DNA of 64,000 nt from Eubacteriales bacterium (GTDB lineage: Bacteria > Bacillota > Clostridia > Oscillospirales > CAG-272). The stretch spans positions 15,751 through 79,750 of the forward strand of contig JAZOSP010000071.1 of NCBI GenBank assembly GCA_045657165.1. The letters run 5' to 3'. Within the stretch, counting starts at the first letter, position 1; every line of letters begins with the position of its first letter. The notes beneath the pieces were generated by a model that searched no databases, was not told where the DNA came from, and saw only the letters and a list, made by a program, of their open reading frames with translations. Shown in pieces: positions 29,067 through 38,628 of this stretch. The position numbers were made by a program, and so were the translations under genes.

Positions 29067-29617
29067 CTTTCCATTTGTTTCCCGAGAAACATTCCCGCAG
29101 TCTGAACAAGCTTGGATTCGATTTCGTCGGAAATTTTCCCGCTCGTTGAGGTGTCGTATTGCCATGCAGATACAACGCAACCAACTATATCGCCCTCACT
29201 GAGTATAGGCATAGCGCAGTTAACGTAATGCGAGCCGCCGTCACTGATTACAGCCACGGGCTCCTTGCCGTTACCGCGCACGTATAACGAGCGCGACTCA
29301 ACGATTTCCTCGAGACCTCGCGAAATTTTTCTTTCAAGATAATCACGCTTCGAAGCACCCGATACAGCAATCACTGCATCTCTGTCGCATATGAAAATGG
29401 GCGAGGATGATGTCTTTTGAAGCGTGTCTGCATATTCCGAGGCAAAGGTTTGCATTTCACCTATCGGCGAGTATTTTTTGAAAATTACCTCGCCTTCTCT
29501 ATCGGTATATATCTCTAAGGGGTCGCCCTCTTTGATTCGCATAGTTCTTCTTATTTCTTTAGGTATCACAACTCTGCCAAGGTCGTCAATCCTACGTACA
29601 ATACCTGTTGCTTTCAT
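29063..29617 (-). CDS. spoVT: stage V sporulation protein T (AbrB-family regulator with GAF-like C-terminal domain)
   Basis: MKATGIVRRIDDLGRVVIPKEIRRTMRIKEGDPLEIY is the SpoVT/AbrB swapped-hairpin domain. The 184-aa length matches SpoVT rather than AbrB. Confidence 0.85.
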   Translation of the reverse strand: MKATGIVRRIDDLGRVVIPKEIRRTMRIKEGDPLEIYTDREGEVIFKKYSPIGEMQTFASEYADTLQKTSSSPIFICDRDAVIAVSGASKRDYLERKISRGLEEIVESRSLYVRGNGKEPVAVISDGGSHYVNCAMPILSEGDIVGCVVSAWQYDTSTSGKISDEIESKLVQTAGMFLGKQMES

Positions 29618-29654
29618 TATATTTCTCCCTTTCTTTGTAGATTGTCTACGGTGT

Positions 29655-29683
29655 TAGTATTTGTAAGATAAGGAAGAATATAC
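29655..29683 (-). promoter_or_regulatory. forespore sigma (sigma-F/G)-type promoter candidate upstream of spoVT
   Basis: The minus strand reads GTATA (29683-29679), a 17-nt spacer, then AATACTA (29661-29655). This resembles the Bacillus sigma-G/F consensus (G[C/T]ATA-17/18-CATACTA). spoVT is sigma-G dependent in B. subtilis. Confidence 0.4.
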
Positions 29684-29706
29684 GGCTCAACCGCTTCAAC
29701 AAAACT

Positions 29707-29739
29707 AAAAAGACGAGCAACCGAGTTGCTCGTCTTTTT
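29707..29739 (-). terminator. intrinsic terminator after the phosphatase gene
   Basis: The stem is AAAAAGACGAGCAA / TTGCTCGTCTTTTT. On the minus strand it starts at the stop codon and is followed by TTAGTTTTGTT. Confidence 0.75.
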
Positions 29740-30433
29740 AGCACCTTTTAAGATTCAAGATATCTATCGAATGCTGCATTATCCGCTCCGCACACGAGCC
29801 GATACGCTCGGTTGCGGTCGTAAATTTCTTATACGCTTTGTTATCGCGCCCGTGAATATCGCTACCGAGAGCAACAACTACATCACGCTCAAGCCAAGTG
29901 TACAAATGCTTCTTTCTAAACATTCCGGCAAGAGAGGCGGCGTTAAGCTGTATTTTAGCACCCGCATCAAGCATGCGCTCGATATTTTCTTTAGGATATC
30001 TGTCCGCGTGAGCAAGGATAACGTTAGCACCACGTGCTGCAAGTGCATATGCAACATCGCAATACGAGGACTCGAAATCAGAGAAAGGAAGCTCGATAAG
30101 TATACTGTTGGTTCCGCTAATATAAAGCTGCTCTATGCCCTCCATGTGATCAATGCCGGGGCAAATGAGAACCTCAGCGCCAAGTGAAATTTCGGGCAAA
30201 TCGCCATTAAGGTGTGGGGACAGCGTTTCATAAGCGCGTGTGCGCTTAGCAAGAAAATACTCAACGGTATGACGGTCTGGATAAAAATGCGGAGTTGCAA
30301 CAACCCTGTCGATGCTCGCCTCCCTCGCTAACGCAAGCTGATAAAGCGAAGTAGTGAGCGAGTCGGAGCCGTGATCGGCACCAGGGAGAATATGGGAGTG
30401 AAAATCTATAAGAGACAACGGGTTACTCCGCAT
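29738..30433 (-). CDS. PHP-family phosphotyrosine protein phosphatase (CpsB/YwqE type)
   Basis: It has IDFHSHILPGADHG and later His/Asp metal ligands (TPHFY, LAHADRY, GSDIHG). The start is taken at the ATG at 30433 (MRSNPLSLIDFHSH), which overlaps the kinase stop by 11 nt. Confidence 0.85.
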   Translation of the reverse strand: MRSNPLSLIDFHSHILPGADHGSDSLTTSLYQLALAREASIDRVVATPHFYPDRHTVEYFLAKRTRAYETLSPHLNGDLPEISLGAEVLICPGIDHMEGIEQLYISGTNSILIELPFSDFESSYCDVAYALAARGANVILAHADRYPKENIERMLDAGAKIQLNAASLAGMFRKKHLYTWLERDVVVALGSDIHGRDNKAYKKFTTATERIGSCAERIMQHSIDILNLKRC

Positions 30434-31181
30434 CGCCGGCATAGTTGCCATACTTTGAAGCGCTGTACTTTCCGCTATATTTACCGTATCCACCCGTCTT
30501 AAGGTTTACTGATGCAAGCACTATACCGTATATCTCAGCGTTGATCTGATTAAGTCTGGCAACTGCCTCAGATACACTTTTCACATCGGAATAATCTGCT
30601 CTTGTTGCAATAATATAACCGTTGATGTTTTCGTTAAGAAGAATTGCATCGCTGACTATGTTCACGGGCGGAGTATCTATTATTACATAATCGAACTCAT
30701 TCTCGCACGCAGCAATTAAGTCAGCCATACGCTTCGAGCCTATAAGCTTAGTGGGATTTGCGTTGTTTGCTCCCGCAGTTAACACTGTGAGTTTTTTGTC
30801 TTCAAGGTGAATAAAATTAGGAACGTCATCTATACCCGCAAGGTACTCGCTGAGTCCGTGAGAGCTCCTGTCAAGCTCAAGAAGCTTAGATACTCTCGGC
30901 TGGCGCATATCGGTATCTATGAGAAGCACTCTGCTTTCGGTAGCGTTTTGCGCAAGCGTGATTGCAAGGTTTGTGGAAACGAACGTTTTTCCTTCGCCGG
31001 AGACAGCGCTCGTCACCGCAATTTTTTTGCACTTATCCTCAATATTGAGATAAAGAACGTTTGTATAAAGGGCCTTAAACGCTTCCTTCACCGCAAAGGG
31101 AGATTTTTCGTTTATAATGCGAAGACTGTCGTTAACGTCTTTGTCGTGAACGACGCTGTTTCTAAAAAATCCTGTCTTCAT
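30423..31181 (-). CDS. BY-kinase catalytic subunit (CpsD/YwqD type tyrosine-protein kinase)
   Basis: The Walker A is VTSAVSGEGKTF, Walker A' is LLIDTDMR and Walker B is YVIIDTPP. The C-terminal tyrosine cluster reads GGYGKYSGKYSASKYGNYAG. Confidence 0.9.
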   Translation of the reverse strand: MKTGFFRNSVVHDKDVNDSLRIINEKSPFAVKEAFKALYTNVLYLNIEDKCKKIAVTSAVSGEGKTFVSTNLAITLAQNATESRVLLIDTDMRQPRVSKLLELDRSSHGLSEYLAGIDDVPNFIHLEDKKLTVLTAGANNANPTKLIGSKRMADLIAACENEFDYVIIDTPPVNIVSDAILLNENINGYIIATRADYSDVKSVSEAVARLNQINAEIYGIVLASVNLKTGGYGKYSGKYSASKYGNYAGDAE

Positions 31182-31207
31182 TATAGTTTTCCTTTCTTAG
31201 AGAGCAC

Positions 31208-31909
31208 TCAATTACCGGATGCCGAGCTTGCGGCATCGACTCTTGGAATAACGCCAATGACGGGGATGTCAAAATTATCCTCAAGCTTCTTTTTGGAGCG
31301 GATAACAATGTCAAACTGTGCTACAGCAAATATTGCAAGCAGGGACAAAACCAAGCCTATGGCAAAGCCGATAATAACGTTGCGTACGGTGCCCTTTCCG
31401 TCAGGAAGCTGGGATACGTTGGGCTCGAAGCATTGAACCTGAGCAGACTGGGGGAGTTGTGCAATTTTCCCGGGAAGCTCGTTGCAAATTATCTTGGCAA
31501 CAGCGGCAGATAAATCCGGGTCTTCAGATACGACCGAGACAACAAAGAACTCAGTGTCACCCTTTTGGGATATGGAAACCATATTTTGGATATCGGCAAT
31601 CGTGACATCCTCGTAGCCCTCAAGCCTGTCTCTGACGTGCTGGCGGAAATCAACCAGCTTGAGATATTCTGTGAAGGTTCCTATCATTGACTGTGCGTAG
31701 CTGAGGTTAGACGTTGTCGTAGAGGTCGGAGGAGTTTCCTTGTAGGTGTAAACGTCAACGGAGGACGTGTACGTATCTTTTTTTATAAACAAGGAGTAGC
31801 AGCCCATAAGCGTTGCGAATAAAACCGAAACGAGTGCCACAATCCACAGCTTAGGCAAAAACAAATCTACAAGTCCATGTATGGTAATTTCTTCATTCTG
31901 CTTTTTCAT
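31208..31909 (-). CDS. Wzz/CpsC/YwqC-type chain-length determinant / BY-kinase transmembrane activator
   Basis: The protein is 233 aa with an N-terminal TM (LWIVALVSVLFATLMGCYSLF) and a C-terminal TM (IIGFAIGLVLSLLAIFAV). It lies directly upstream of the kinase. Confidence 0.8.
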   Translation of the reverse strand: MKKQNEEITIHGLVDLFLPKLWIVALVSVLFATLMGCYSLFIKKDTYTSSVDVYTYKETPPTSTTTSNLSYAQSMIGTFTEYLKLVDFRQHVRDRLEGYEDVTIADIQNMVSISQKGDTEFFVVSVVSEDPDLSAAVAKIICNELPGKIAQLPQSAQVQCFEPNVSQLPDGKGTVRNVIIGFAIGLVLSLLAIFAVAQFDIVIRSKKKLEDNFDIPVIGVIPRVDAASSASGN

Positions 31910-31953
31910 AGTTTTACCTCATAACAGCTCGGTGAGCATTTTAATACTAATAT

Positions 31954-31982
31954 ATTTTACTACATAATGTCTCGTTTGTCAA
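31954..31982 (-). promoter_or_regulatory. sigma-A-type promoter upstream of the Wzz/BY-kinase/phosphatase operon
   Basis: The minus strand reads TTGACA (31982-31977), a 17-nt spacer, then TAAAAT (31959-31954). Confidence 0.55.
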
Positions 31983-32078
31983 GAAAATAGCCGCTTATTT
32001 TACATTTTTGGTCAATGTTACTCAAGAAATAAATGCAAAAGCAAAAATATAGTTGAAAAATGCCAAATAACAATTTAC

Positions 32079-32121
32079 AAAGAAGCTTGGGCCGCCGCCG
32101 TTTGACAACCCAAGCTTCTTT
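32079..32121 (-). terminator. stem-loop terminator after the lipoprotein gene
   Basis: The 13-bp stem is AAAGAAGCTTGGG / CCCAAGCTTCTTT with a 17-nt loop. The distal arm ends in TTT. Confidence 0.55.
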
Positions 32122-32130
32122 GTTCAAATC

Positions 32131-33234
32131 TTACGGGAGAACGCTATCGTCGTTCTGGTGCACGCCGTTTTCAGCAGCTGTCTCATTCCAGCCGTAAAGC
32201 TCGCAATAATATGCCTTGAACACGTCACCCGTGTAAATAATATTCATTCTGTAAACGTTGTTACCGGACGTTACGGGAACAACCAAGCCGTCTACCATAG
32301 TGTAATTCTTGTTCTCCTCACCGTACTGGAGAAGGTTACGAAGCTTGACATCGGTATTGATGGCATAGATAATCTCCATAGCTCGCTCGGGCTTCTCTGC
32401 GCCTGCAACGATACCGAATGCCGAAGAGAATACCTCATCGTCGTCTACAGTGGGATACGTAGCGACGTTACAGAACCAACCGTCCTCTACAAGCTCAAGC
32501 CCATACGCGTAATCACCGCTGACGATTTTAACGAGCTTTTCCTGAGTCAGAGTTTCTTTGGTGTAATAAGCTGCGAGAGGTTCAATTTCTGCCCAAAGCT
32601 CATCAGCGTCAGCCTCGGTTTTAACTGCAGCAAGGCGCTGGTCGCTTACATGGAAGAAGCGTGCAATATCTTTATTGATAGCTACGTACTCATACTCACC
32701 GACAACGTGATTGTTAGGAATACAGAAGAGCTTGGTAGTACCGTTTACATCTACTTTTGCAGCCTCGAGCAGGTCGTCATCGATAGATACGTTAAGAGTA
32801 CCGAAACCGTCTTCCTTATATTGCGAGTCGGTAAGGTACGGAAGCACGTCAACAAGCTTTCCGTCACTCATGAGCGACTGCATAAGAGAAGCACTGTTTA
32901 TAAGGACTATATCTGCCTTATTCTGTGCTGTATCAGCTGTAGCGGCAGCAACAGTTTCCGCATAGGTCGCAGCGTCGCAGTAGAATATATTGAGTGTGGT
33001 GTCGTACTTGCTGTTTATGTACTGATTGATGGCGCTCTCTACTGTAATCTCAGCATTCTCCGTAGTTTCGTCTTCCCCAATAATATAAAGGTTATATTCA
33101 ACCTTATCGGGTGTCGGAGGGACGTAATCGTAGCCGGGAAGATAGTGACCGATCTCGAGATCGTCACAGCTGACGAGGGCAAAGCCCATCATAACAAGGC
33201 ACAGAGCCAGACATATGATTTTCTTAATTCTCAT
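32131..33234 (-). CDS. putative lipoprotein, weakly solute-binding-protein-like
   Basis: MRIKKIICLALCLVMMGFALVSCDD gives a signal peptide plus a lipobox (LVSC). The ATG at 33234 follows a GGAGG RBS. No adjacent permease or ATPase genes are present. Confidence 0.65.
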   Translation of the reverse strand: MRIKKIICLALCLVMMGFALVSCDDLEIGHYLPGYDYVPPTPDKVEYNLYIIGEDETTENAEITVESAINQYINSKYDTTLNIFYCDAATYAETVAAATADTAQNKADIVLINSASLMQSLMSDGKLVDVLPYLTDSQYKEDGFGTLNVSIDDDLLEAAKVDVNGTTKLFCIPNNHVVGEYEYVAINKDIARFFHVSDQRLAAVKTEADADELWAEIEPLAAYYTKETLTQEKLVKIVSGDYAYGLELVEDGWFCNVATYPTVDDDEVFSSAFGIVAGAEKPERAMEIIYAINTDVKLRNLLQYGEENKNYTMVDGLVVPVTSGNNVYRMNIIYTGDVFKAYYCELYGWNETAAENGVHQNDDSVLP

Positions 33235-33271
33235 TATTTTGAGGGCCTCCAAGGATTTTTCTTACTATGTT

Positions 33272-33300
33272 ATTTTACTATATTCTGCGGGAAAAGTCAA
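33272..33300 (-). promoter_or_regulatory. sigma-A-type promoter upstream of the lipoprotein gene
   Basis: The minus strand reads TTGACT (33300-33295), a 17-nt spacer, then TAAAAT (33277-33272). A GGAGG RBS and the ATG at 33234 follow. Confidence 0.55.
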
Positions 33301-33387
33301 GAGAAAATTTATTAATTAAAGAATTCACACGCATATAGTGCAACATAAACAAATGTTGCCGGCGCTTTTTGTGAGTTTTGACCACGA

Positions 33388-34458
33388 TTAATCGAAGAGA
33401 TAGTCCTTGAGTGTCTTAGAGCGCGAGGGGTGACGAAGCTTTCTGATGGCTTTCGCGAGTATCTGCCTTACACGCTCACGCGTAATTTTGAACTCCGCGC
33501 CGACCTCCTCAAGTGTTCTCGTCTTGTCATCCTCAAGTCCGAAATAGAGCTTCACAATCTGCTCCTCGCGAGGTGTAAGGGTATGTAACACCTTAAAAAT
33601 CTCCTCGCGAAGAAGCGAATTGGCAACGCCGTCATAAGGCGCCGGAGAATCGCTGTCCTCAACGAAATCACCGAGGTGGCTGTCCTCCTCCTCTCCTATT
33701 GGGGTTTCGAGTGAAACAGGATCCTGAGCAATTTTCATTATCTCACGCACCTTGTCCGCAGTCATACCAAGACATTCGGCAATTTCCTCAGTGGTAGGCT
33801 CTCGGCCAAACTCCTGAAGAAGCTGGCGCGCGGTTCTCGACACCTTGTGAATGGTTTCAACCATATGCACGGGAATGCGTATGGTTCTCGCCTGGTCGGC
33901 GATGGCTCTGGTTATAGCCTGACGAATCCACCACGTAGCGTAAGTCGAGAACTTATACCCTTTGCTGTAATCAAACTTTTCAACAGCCTTGATTAGGCCT
34001 AGATTTCCCTCTTGGATAAGATCGAGGAAATACATTCCCTTTCCTACGTGGCGCTTTGCAATACTTACAACAAGTCGTAAATTCGCTTCAATAAGCTCAT
34101 CCTTAGCCGCTTTGTTGCCTATAGTGATCTGCTCGGCAAGGTATGTTTCGCGCTCGGGAGAAAGAAGTGGAATTTTTCCTATCTCTTTAAGATACATTCG
34201 CACGGGATCGTCAATGGCAAGTCCCTCTTGCGTAAAGAGCTTCTCCATATTTTCAGCAGTATCATAGGACTTGGCATCTTCCTCTATCTCCCTCAGCTCC
34301 TCGTTTTCGAGGTCGTCCGGGCTGCGACCGTCAATTTCGCTTTGAGAAATATCGTACTCAATATCCTCAAGAGCCTTCATAATGTCAGAGCTGACAATGC
34401 CTCCATCATTTTTGGAATCAATAATATCATTAACGTCAATTTTTTCTCTACTCATCAT
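33388..34458 (-). CDS. rpoD: RNA polymerase primary sigma factor RpoD/SigA
   Basis: Region 2 reads [37 protein letters not shown] and region 4 reads [19 protein letters not shown]. It sits in the dnaG-rpoD operon context. Confidence 0.95.
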   Translation of the reverse strand: MMSREKIDVNDIIDSKNDGGIVSSDIMKALEDIEYDISQSEIDGRSPDDLENEELREIEEDAKSYDTAENMEKLFTQEGLAIDDPVRMYLKEIGKIPLLSPERETYLAEQITIGNKAAKDELIEANLRLVVSIAKRHVGKGMYFLDLIQEGNLGLIKAVEKFDYSKGYKFSTYATWWIRQAITRAIADQARTIRIPVHMVETIHKVSRTARQLLQEFGREPTTEEIAECLGMTADKVREIMKIAQDPVSLETPIGEEEDSHLGDFVEDSDSPAPYDGVANSLLREEIFKVLHTLTPREEQIVKLYFGLEDDKTRTLEEVGAEFKITRERVRQILAKAIRKLRHPSRSKTLKDYLFD

Positions 34459-34533
34459 CGTACCTTCCTTTCAGAGTACATGCCCTTCGGCGTATTGGTT
34501 TTTGTGATGAAATTTCAACTTCACGCAGATTCA

Positions 34534-36321
34534 CTATTTTCCGCGCTTTGCTTCTAATAATGCATTAAGCCCCTCGAGCGTGGCACCGGAAGAGTTTTGC
34601 CTTTTCCGAACGGCGGATTTAAGCTGCCGTATTGCTTCAAGAAGCACCTCTGTGCCGTTTTCGGTAAGCTGCATGCGGGTTATCTTCATTTTGGTAATCC
34701 TCCCGACCTCATCGGTGCTGAATACCTCGTTCAAATTTGCAAATGAGTCGTCAGAATTACGGTATGAATCGCATAAATACGCAAAAATCCGCCTATTAAG
34801 CGCGGTGAAAAAATCGTCCTCCGAGAGAAGCGCGTCAGAAAATACGCGCTTTCTGTGCTCCGGGAAAAGAAGAAGCAGCCCGAGAAGATTTTCCTCGTTC
34901 TTTGCAACGGCAGGCGCTTTTATAAAATCAGGGTTAACACGGTCGGAGTATCCGAGAGCGTCCTGCTGAATACGCCGTGATTCATCCTTTTTTTCAGCCC
35001 TTGCGTTTTTCGCTATCGCCCTTTCTACATCAGACTTAATGCTGCGCTGGTCGATGTCAAATTTTTCAGCTACGATTCTGATATAAATATCTCTTTCTGC
35101 CGAGGAATAAGTCTCTGATATTAATTTTTCGGTTTCTTTTAAAGCCCTTATTTTGTCCTGCGGCAAATTTATATCATACTTTGAAAGTATGTTCTCAAAG
35201 TTATAATCAAACTTGGTTTTAGTATTGGCAAGGAGTGCGGCAAACTTGTCCTTACCGTGAGTTTTTATGTACTCGTCGGGATCCTTTGCTCCCGGAACCT
35301 TGAGTATCGTCACGTTAAGTCCGACATCTGTAAGCATCTTAATCGCACGCGTCGCCGCCTTCTGTCCTGCCTCATCCGCGTCGTAGGAGATAACGACGTT
35401 CTTAGTATATCTGCTCATCATCCTCGCCTGCTCCGAGGTTATTGCCGTGCCGAGTGTTGCAACGGCATTTGTGAATCCGGCGGCATGCATGGCAATAACG
35501 TCCATATATCCTTCGCAAAGTATCATGGTTTCAGCACAGGAGAGCCTCGCAAAATTCAAAGCGAAAAGATTTCTTGATTTTTTGAATACGGGAGTATCCG
35601 ACGAATTTTTATACTTAGGCTTAGAGTCGTCCATTACTCTACCACCAAAAGCAATTACATTACCCGAGACGTCGATTATCGGAAACATCACGCGATTTCT
35701 GAAAGCATCGTAATACCTGCCGCTCTCGCTCTTGCCGCACAGGAAGCCCGCTACAAGCTCGTCATAGGTATATCCGTGCGCGAGCATATATTTTGAGAAC
35801 ACGTCAAAGCTATTCGGTGCAAATCCGAGCCCGAAATGCTTTATCGTCGCAAGTGATAGCCCTCGCTTATTGACAAAATAGTCGAGCGCAGCCTTTGCCT
35901 CCGGAGTATCGTCAAAAAGCCTCTTATGAAAATATTTGGCTGCATCGACGTTCATAGCGAGCATTTTCGCCTTGTCGAACTTTGGTGCCGGTGCGTATTT
36001 ATCACCGCGCTCATCGCGTACGACGGTTATACCCGCCCTGTTGGCAAGAAATTCAACCGCATCGGGATAATCGAGATTCTCACGCTTACGGATAAAGGTA
36101 ATTGCGTCTCCTCCAACACCGCAGCCGAAGCAATAAAAGCTGTTATCTGCGGGATAAACCGTAAACGACGGAGTTTTTTCACTGTGGAAGGGACACAGCC
36201 CCTTGAGATTTGAGCCAGCACGCTTTAAGGAAATGTAGCTGCCTATGAGCGACTCGATATCGTTGCGCATAAGAACCTGCTCTATAGCTTCCTTGCTAAT
36301 CAAAGGACCACCTCCCATCAA
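34534..36321 (-). CDS. dnaG: DNA primase DnaG
   Basis: The zinc-binding domain reads CPFHSEKTPSFTV...CFGCG. A TOPRIM region (CEGYMDV) is present, and the protein is 595 aa. Confidence 0.95.
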   Translation of the reverse strand: MMGGGPLISKEAIEQVLMRNDIESLIGSYISLKRAGSNLKGLCPFHSEKTPSFTVYPADNSFYCFGCGVGGDAITFIRKRENLDYPDAVEFLANRAGITVVRDERGDKYAPAPKFDKAKMLAMNVDAAKYFHKRLFDDTPEAKAALDYFVNKRGLSLATIKHFGLGFAPNSFDVFSKYMLAHGYTYDELVAGFLCGKSESGRYYDAFRNRVMFPIIDVSGNVIAFGGRVMDDSKPKYKNSSDTPVFKKSRNLFALNFARLSCAETMILCEGYMDVIAMHAAGFTNAVATLGTAITSEQARMMSRYTKNVVISYDADEAGQKAATRAIKMLTDVGLNVTILKVPGAKDPDEYIKTHGKDKFAALLANTKTKFDYNFENILSKYDINLPQDKIRALKETEKLISETYSSAERDIYIRIVAEKFDIDQRSIKSDVERAIAKNARAEKKDESRRIQQDALGYSDRVNPDFIKAPAVAKNEENLLGLLLLFPEHRKRVFSDALLSEDDFFTALNRRIFAYLCDSYRNSDDSFANLNEVFSTDEVGRITKMKITRMQLTENGTEVLLEAIRQLKSAVRKRQNSSGATLEGLNALLEAKRGK

Positions 36322-36374
36322 TTCAACAATAATATACGGAGTAATTTATAAAAACACTTTTTGTTTTCGAAAAT

Positions 36375-36992
36375 TCAAAAGTCAAATTTTTCCTCTAAGA
36401 AAATAATTTTTGTCCTACCCGAGGTTATCTCGGTAATTTTACCGCACAAGGGGTCATACGAGCTTTTGAGAAGACTGCCGAAGATTTCAACCCCCTCTGC
36501 GTAAACCGTATCGTCTGTCCTGAAACCGAACTCGTATAAAATCGGTGATAGCCTTTGGTAATCGGAGTAGCTACATGTCAGCTTGATTTTCGCATAAATA
36601 TCGTATCTGACGATTTCGGCAGCCGAAATTGCGCCGATTGCGGCCGAAGTATATGCACGGACAAGACCGCCCGTGCCAAGGAGCGTGCCGCCGAAATATC
36701 TGGTTACAACGATTGCCGTATCGGTGCAGCCGCTTTTGCGTATTGCATCGAGCACGGGCATTCCTGCGGTTCCCTGCGGCTCTCTGTCGTCGGAAAATCT
36801 CATTATTGAGTTTTCACGCAAGACGTAGGCGTAAACGTGATGGCGCGCGTCAGGATACCGACGTCTTGCACTCTCAATGAACGCAAGCGCATCAGCCTCA
36901 TTCGATACGGGAAGTGCCTCGCCGATAAAGACGGATTTTCTGTCCTCGTATTCAAAGCTCGCATATTGCTTAATCGTCGTATATGCCTCCAC
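36375..36992 (-). CDS. yigZ: YigZ / IMPACT family protein (UPF0029)
   Basis: It contains YEDRKSVFIGEA, ARHHVYAY, DDREPQGTAG and RYFGGTLLGTGGLVRAY, typical of the IMPACT N-domain plus the DUF1949 C-domain. Confidence 0.8.
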   Translation of the reverse strand: MEAYTTIKQYASFEYEDRKSVFIGEALPVSNEADALAFIESARRRYPDARHHVYAYVLRENSIMRFSDDREPQGTAGMPVLDAIRKSGCTDTAIVVTRYFGGTLLGTGGLVRAYTSAAIGAISAAEIVRYDIYAKIKLTCSYSDYQRLSPILYEFGFRTDDTVYAEGVEIFGSLLKSSYDPLCGKITEITSGRTKIIFLEEKFDF

Positions 36993-37001
36993 GTTTGCCT
37001 C

Positions 37002-38267
37002 CTATTTAACTATATATTTGCCGTACAGCCCCCTGCCGCGCTCATCAAGCACGGCACTGAGGCTTACGCCCTCATCCCTGTACTCCGAGTCGATAACGGT
37101 ATATGAATTAAATATAGCACTTACTGCCGCCTGGTCGCTATAAGGAACGAGCAGGCTGTATCTGCGCTTAAATTTACTTATCGTGTCTTCAATGACAGAA
37201 AGTAGCCGTGAAATACCGAAGCCGCTCACACCGGAAACCAAGGCGGTACAACCGTCCTCGCGCGGAAGCTGTGAATTCTCAGCAAGGTCGCACTTATTAT
37301 AAACGTATATAACCGGCTTGTCAGAGGCGCCAAGCTCCTCTATAACCGAGTGCGTGACCTCGATATGCTCGGGAGCCTCGGGGTCGGTAACATCGGACGC
37401 GATGAGAAGAACATCTGCGTATGAAACCTCGTCAAGCGTGGACTTAAACGCCTTTACAAGGTGGTGCGGCAGCTTTCTTATAAATCCGACGGTATCAGTA
37501 AGCAGCACAGTCTCTCCGGATGGCAAGAGCAGCTTTCGCGTCGTAGGGTCAAGAGTTGCAAAAAGCTTGTCCTCGGAAAGAACGTCAGCGCCCGTGAGAG
37601 CGTTGAGGAGCGTGGATTTTCCTGCATTTGTGTAGCCCACGAGCGCAATCTTAACAAGACCGCTTCTATCCCTTTGCGCACGCATTACCGCGCGGTTATG
37701 CTCCATCTCGGCAAGCCTTTTTTCAAGTGCAAAAACCTTTTCCTTCAAATGACGCCTGTCGCTCTCAAGCTTTGATTCGCCGGGACCGCGTGTACCAATA
37801 CCGCCGCCAAGACGCGAAAGCTCCTTACCGCGCCCCATGAGCCTCGGGGCAGAATACTTTAGCTGTGCCAGCTCGACCTGTAATTTTCCCTCACCGCTTG
37901 TAGCGTGAAGCGCAAATATATCAAGGATTAACATACTTCGGTCAATCACTCTGACCTCACCGCCGATATCGCCCTCAAGATTTCTGATTTGCACAGGTGT
38001 CAGTTCGAAGTCAAAAATAACCAACGACACCTCGCCACCCCGACAAATATCGGCAATCTCGCGAACCTTACCGCTGCCGATACAGGTGCGTGGGTCAAAG
38101 CTATCCTTAATTTGAATTACGCGCGAGTGAACGTATCCGCCCGCCGTATCGAGCAGCCGCGCGAGCTCGTCAAGGCTGCGCTCACACTCGGGTAAATCCA
38201 TACCGCGCTCTGCCATACCAACGAGTATCGCCTCGCTTTTTATTATTTCGCTATCGGACATAATCAT
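37002..38267 (-). CDS. hflX: GTPase HflX
   Basis: The HflX N-domain contains FDFELTPVQIRNLE. The G1 motif is VGYTNAGKSTLLNALT, G3 is DTVGF and G4 is NKCD. Confidence 0.9.
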   Translation of the reverse strand: MIMSDSEIIKSEAILVGMAERGMDLPECERSLDELARLLDTAGGYVHSRVIQIKDSFDPRTCIGSGKVREIADICRGGEVSLVIFDFELTPVQIRNLEGDIGGEVRVIDRSMLILDIFALHATSGEGKLQVELAQLKYSAPRLMGRGKELSRLGGGIGTRGPGESKLESDRRHLKEKVFALEKRLAEMEHNRAVMRAQRDRSGLVKIALVGYTNAGKSTLLNALTGADVLSEDKLFATLDPTTRKLLLPSGETVLLTDTVGFIRKLPHHLVKAFKSTLDEVSYADVLLIASDVTDPEAPEHIEVTHSVIEELGASDKPVIYVYNKCDLAENSQLPREDGCTALVSGVSGFGISRLLSVIEDTISKFKRRYSLLVPYSDQAAVSAIFNSYTVIDSEYRDEGVSLSAVLDERGRGLYGKYIVK

Positions 38268-38285
38268 CTCCTAAAAAATGAAATA

Positions 38286-38320
38286 AAAGAGCGAGGGATA
38301 CGGACTATCCAACGCTCTTT
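38286..38320 (-). terminator. intrinsic terminator after rpmE
   Basis: The outer stem is AAAGAGCG / CGCTCTTT with an inner GGATA / TATCC pairing. On the minus strand it is followed by TTATTTCATTTTTT. Confidence 0.7.
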
Positions 38321-38333
38321 TATAAAACAATGA

Positions 38334-38543
38334 TTACTTGTTGTTAACCATTGCAAGACGCTTCTTGAATTTATCAAGACGTCCGCCTGCATCTACGAAT
38401 TTCTGCTTACCTGTATAGAAAGGATGGCACTTGGAGCAAATTTCAACCGACATATCGCCCTTGACGGAGTGAGTCTTGACGGTAGCGCCGCATGCACACT
38501 TGATGGTAGCTTCCTTGTATTCGGGATGTATTCCAGCCTTCAT
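38334..38543 (-). CDS. rpmE: 50S ribosomal protein L31 (zinc-binding type A)
   Basis: It reads [19 protein letters not shown]...[12 protein letters not shown] and is 69 aa. Confidence 0.95.
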   Translation of the reverse strand: MKAGIHPEYKEATIKCACGATVKTHSVKGDMSVEICSKCHPFYTGKQKFVDAGGRLDKFKKRLAMVNNK

Positions 38544-38583
38544 TTTAACACCTCTTAACGTTTAATCAATTTTATTGCAGTTC

Positions 38584-38612
38584 ATTATAACACATATTTT
38601 TACAATTTGCAA
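38584..38612 (-). promoter_or_regulatory. sigma-A-type promoter (extended -10) upstream of rpmE
   Basis: The minus strand reads TTGCAA (38612-38607), a 17-nt spacer ending in TGT, then TATAAT (38589-38584). Confidence 0.6.
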
Positions 38613-38628
38613 TAGCTTTTTGAAAAAA

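Noticed and set aside
32158-33315. A 385-aa plus-strand ORF completely covers, and is longer than, the 373-aa minus-strand lipoprotein ORF.
   Set aside because: Its codons are exactly aligned with the sense codons ((32158-32131) is divisible by 3). A stop can therefore arise only where the sense gene uses TTA, CTA or TCA, which this gene avoids. The translation is Cys/Val/Ile/Leu/Arg-rich with no motifs, RBS or promoter. The minus-strand product has a textbook lipoprotein signal, RBS, promoter and terminator. It is a shadow ORF.
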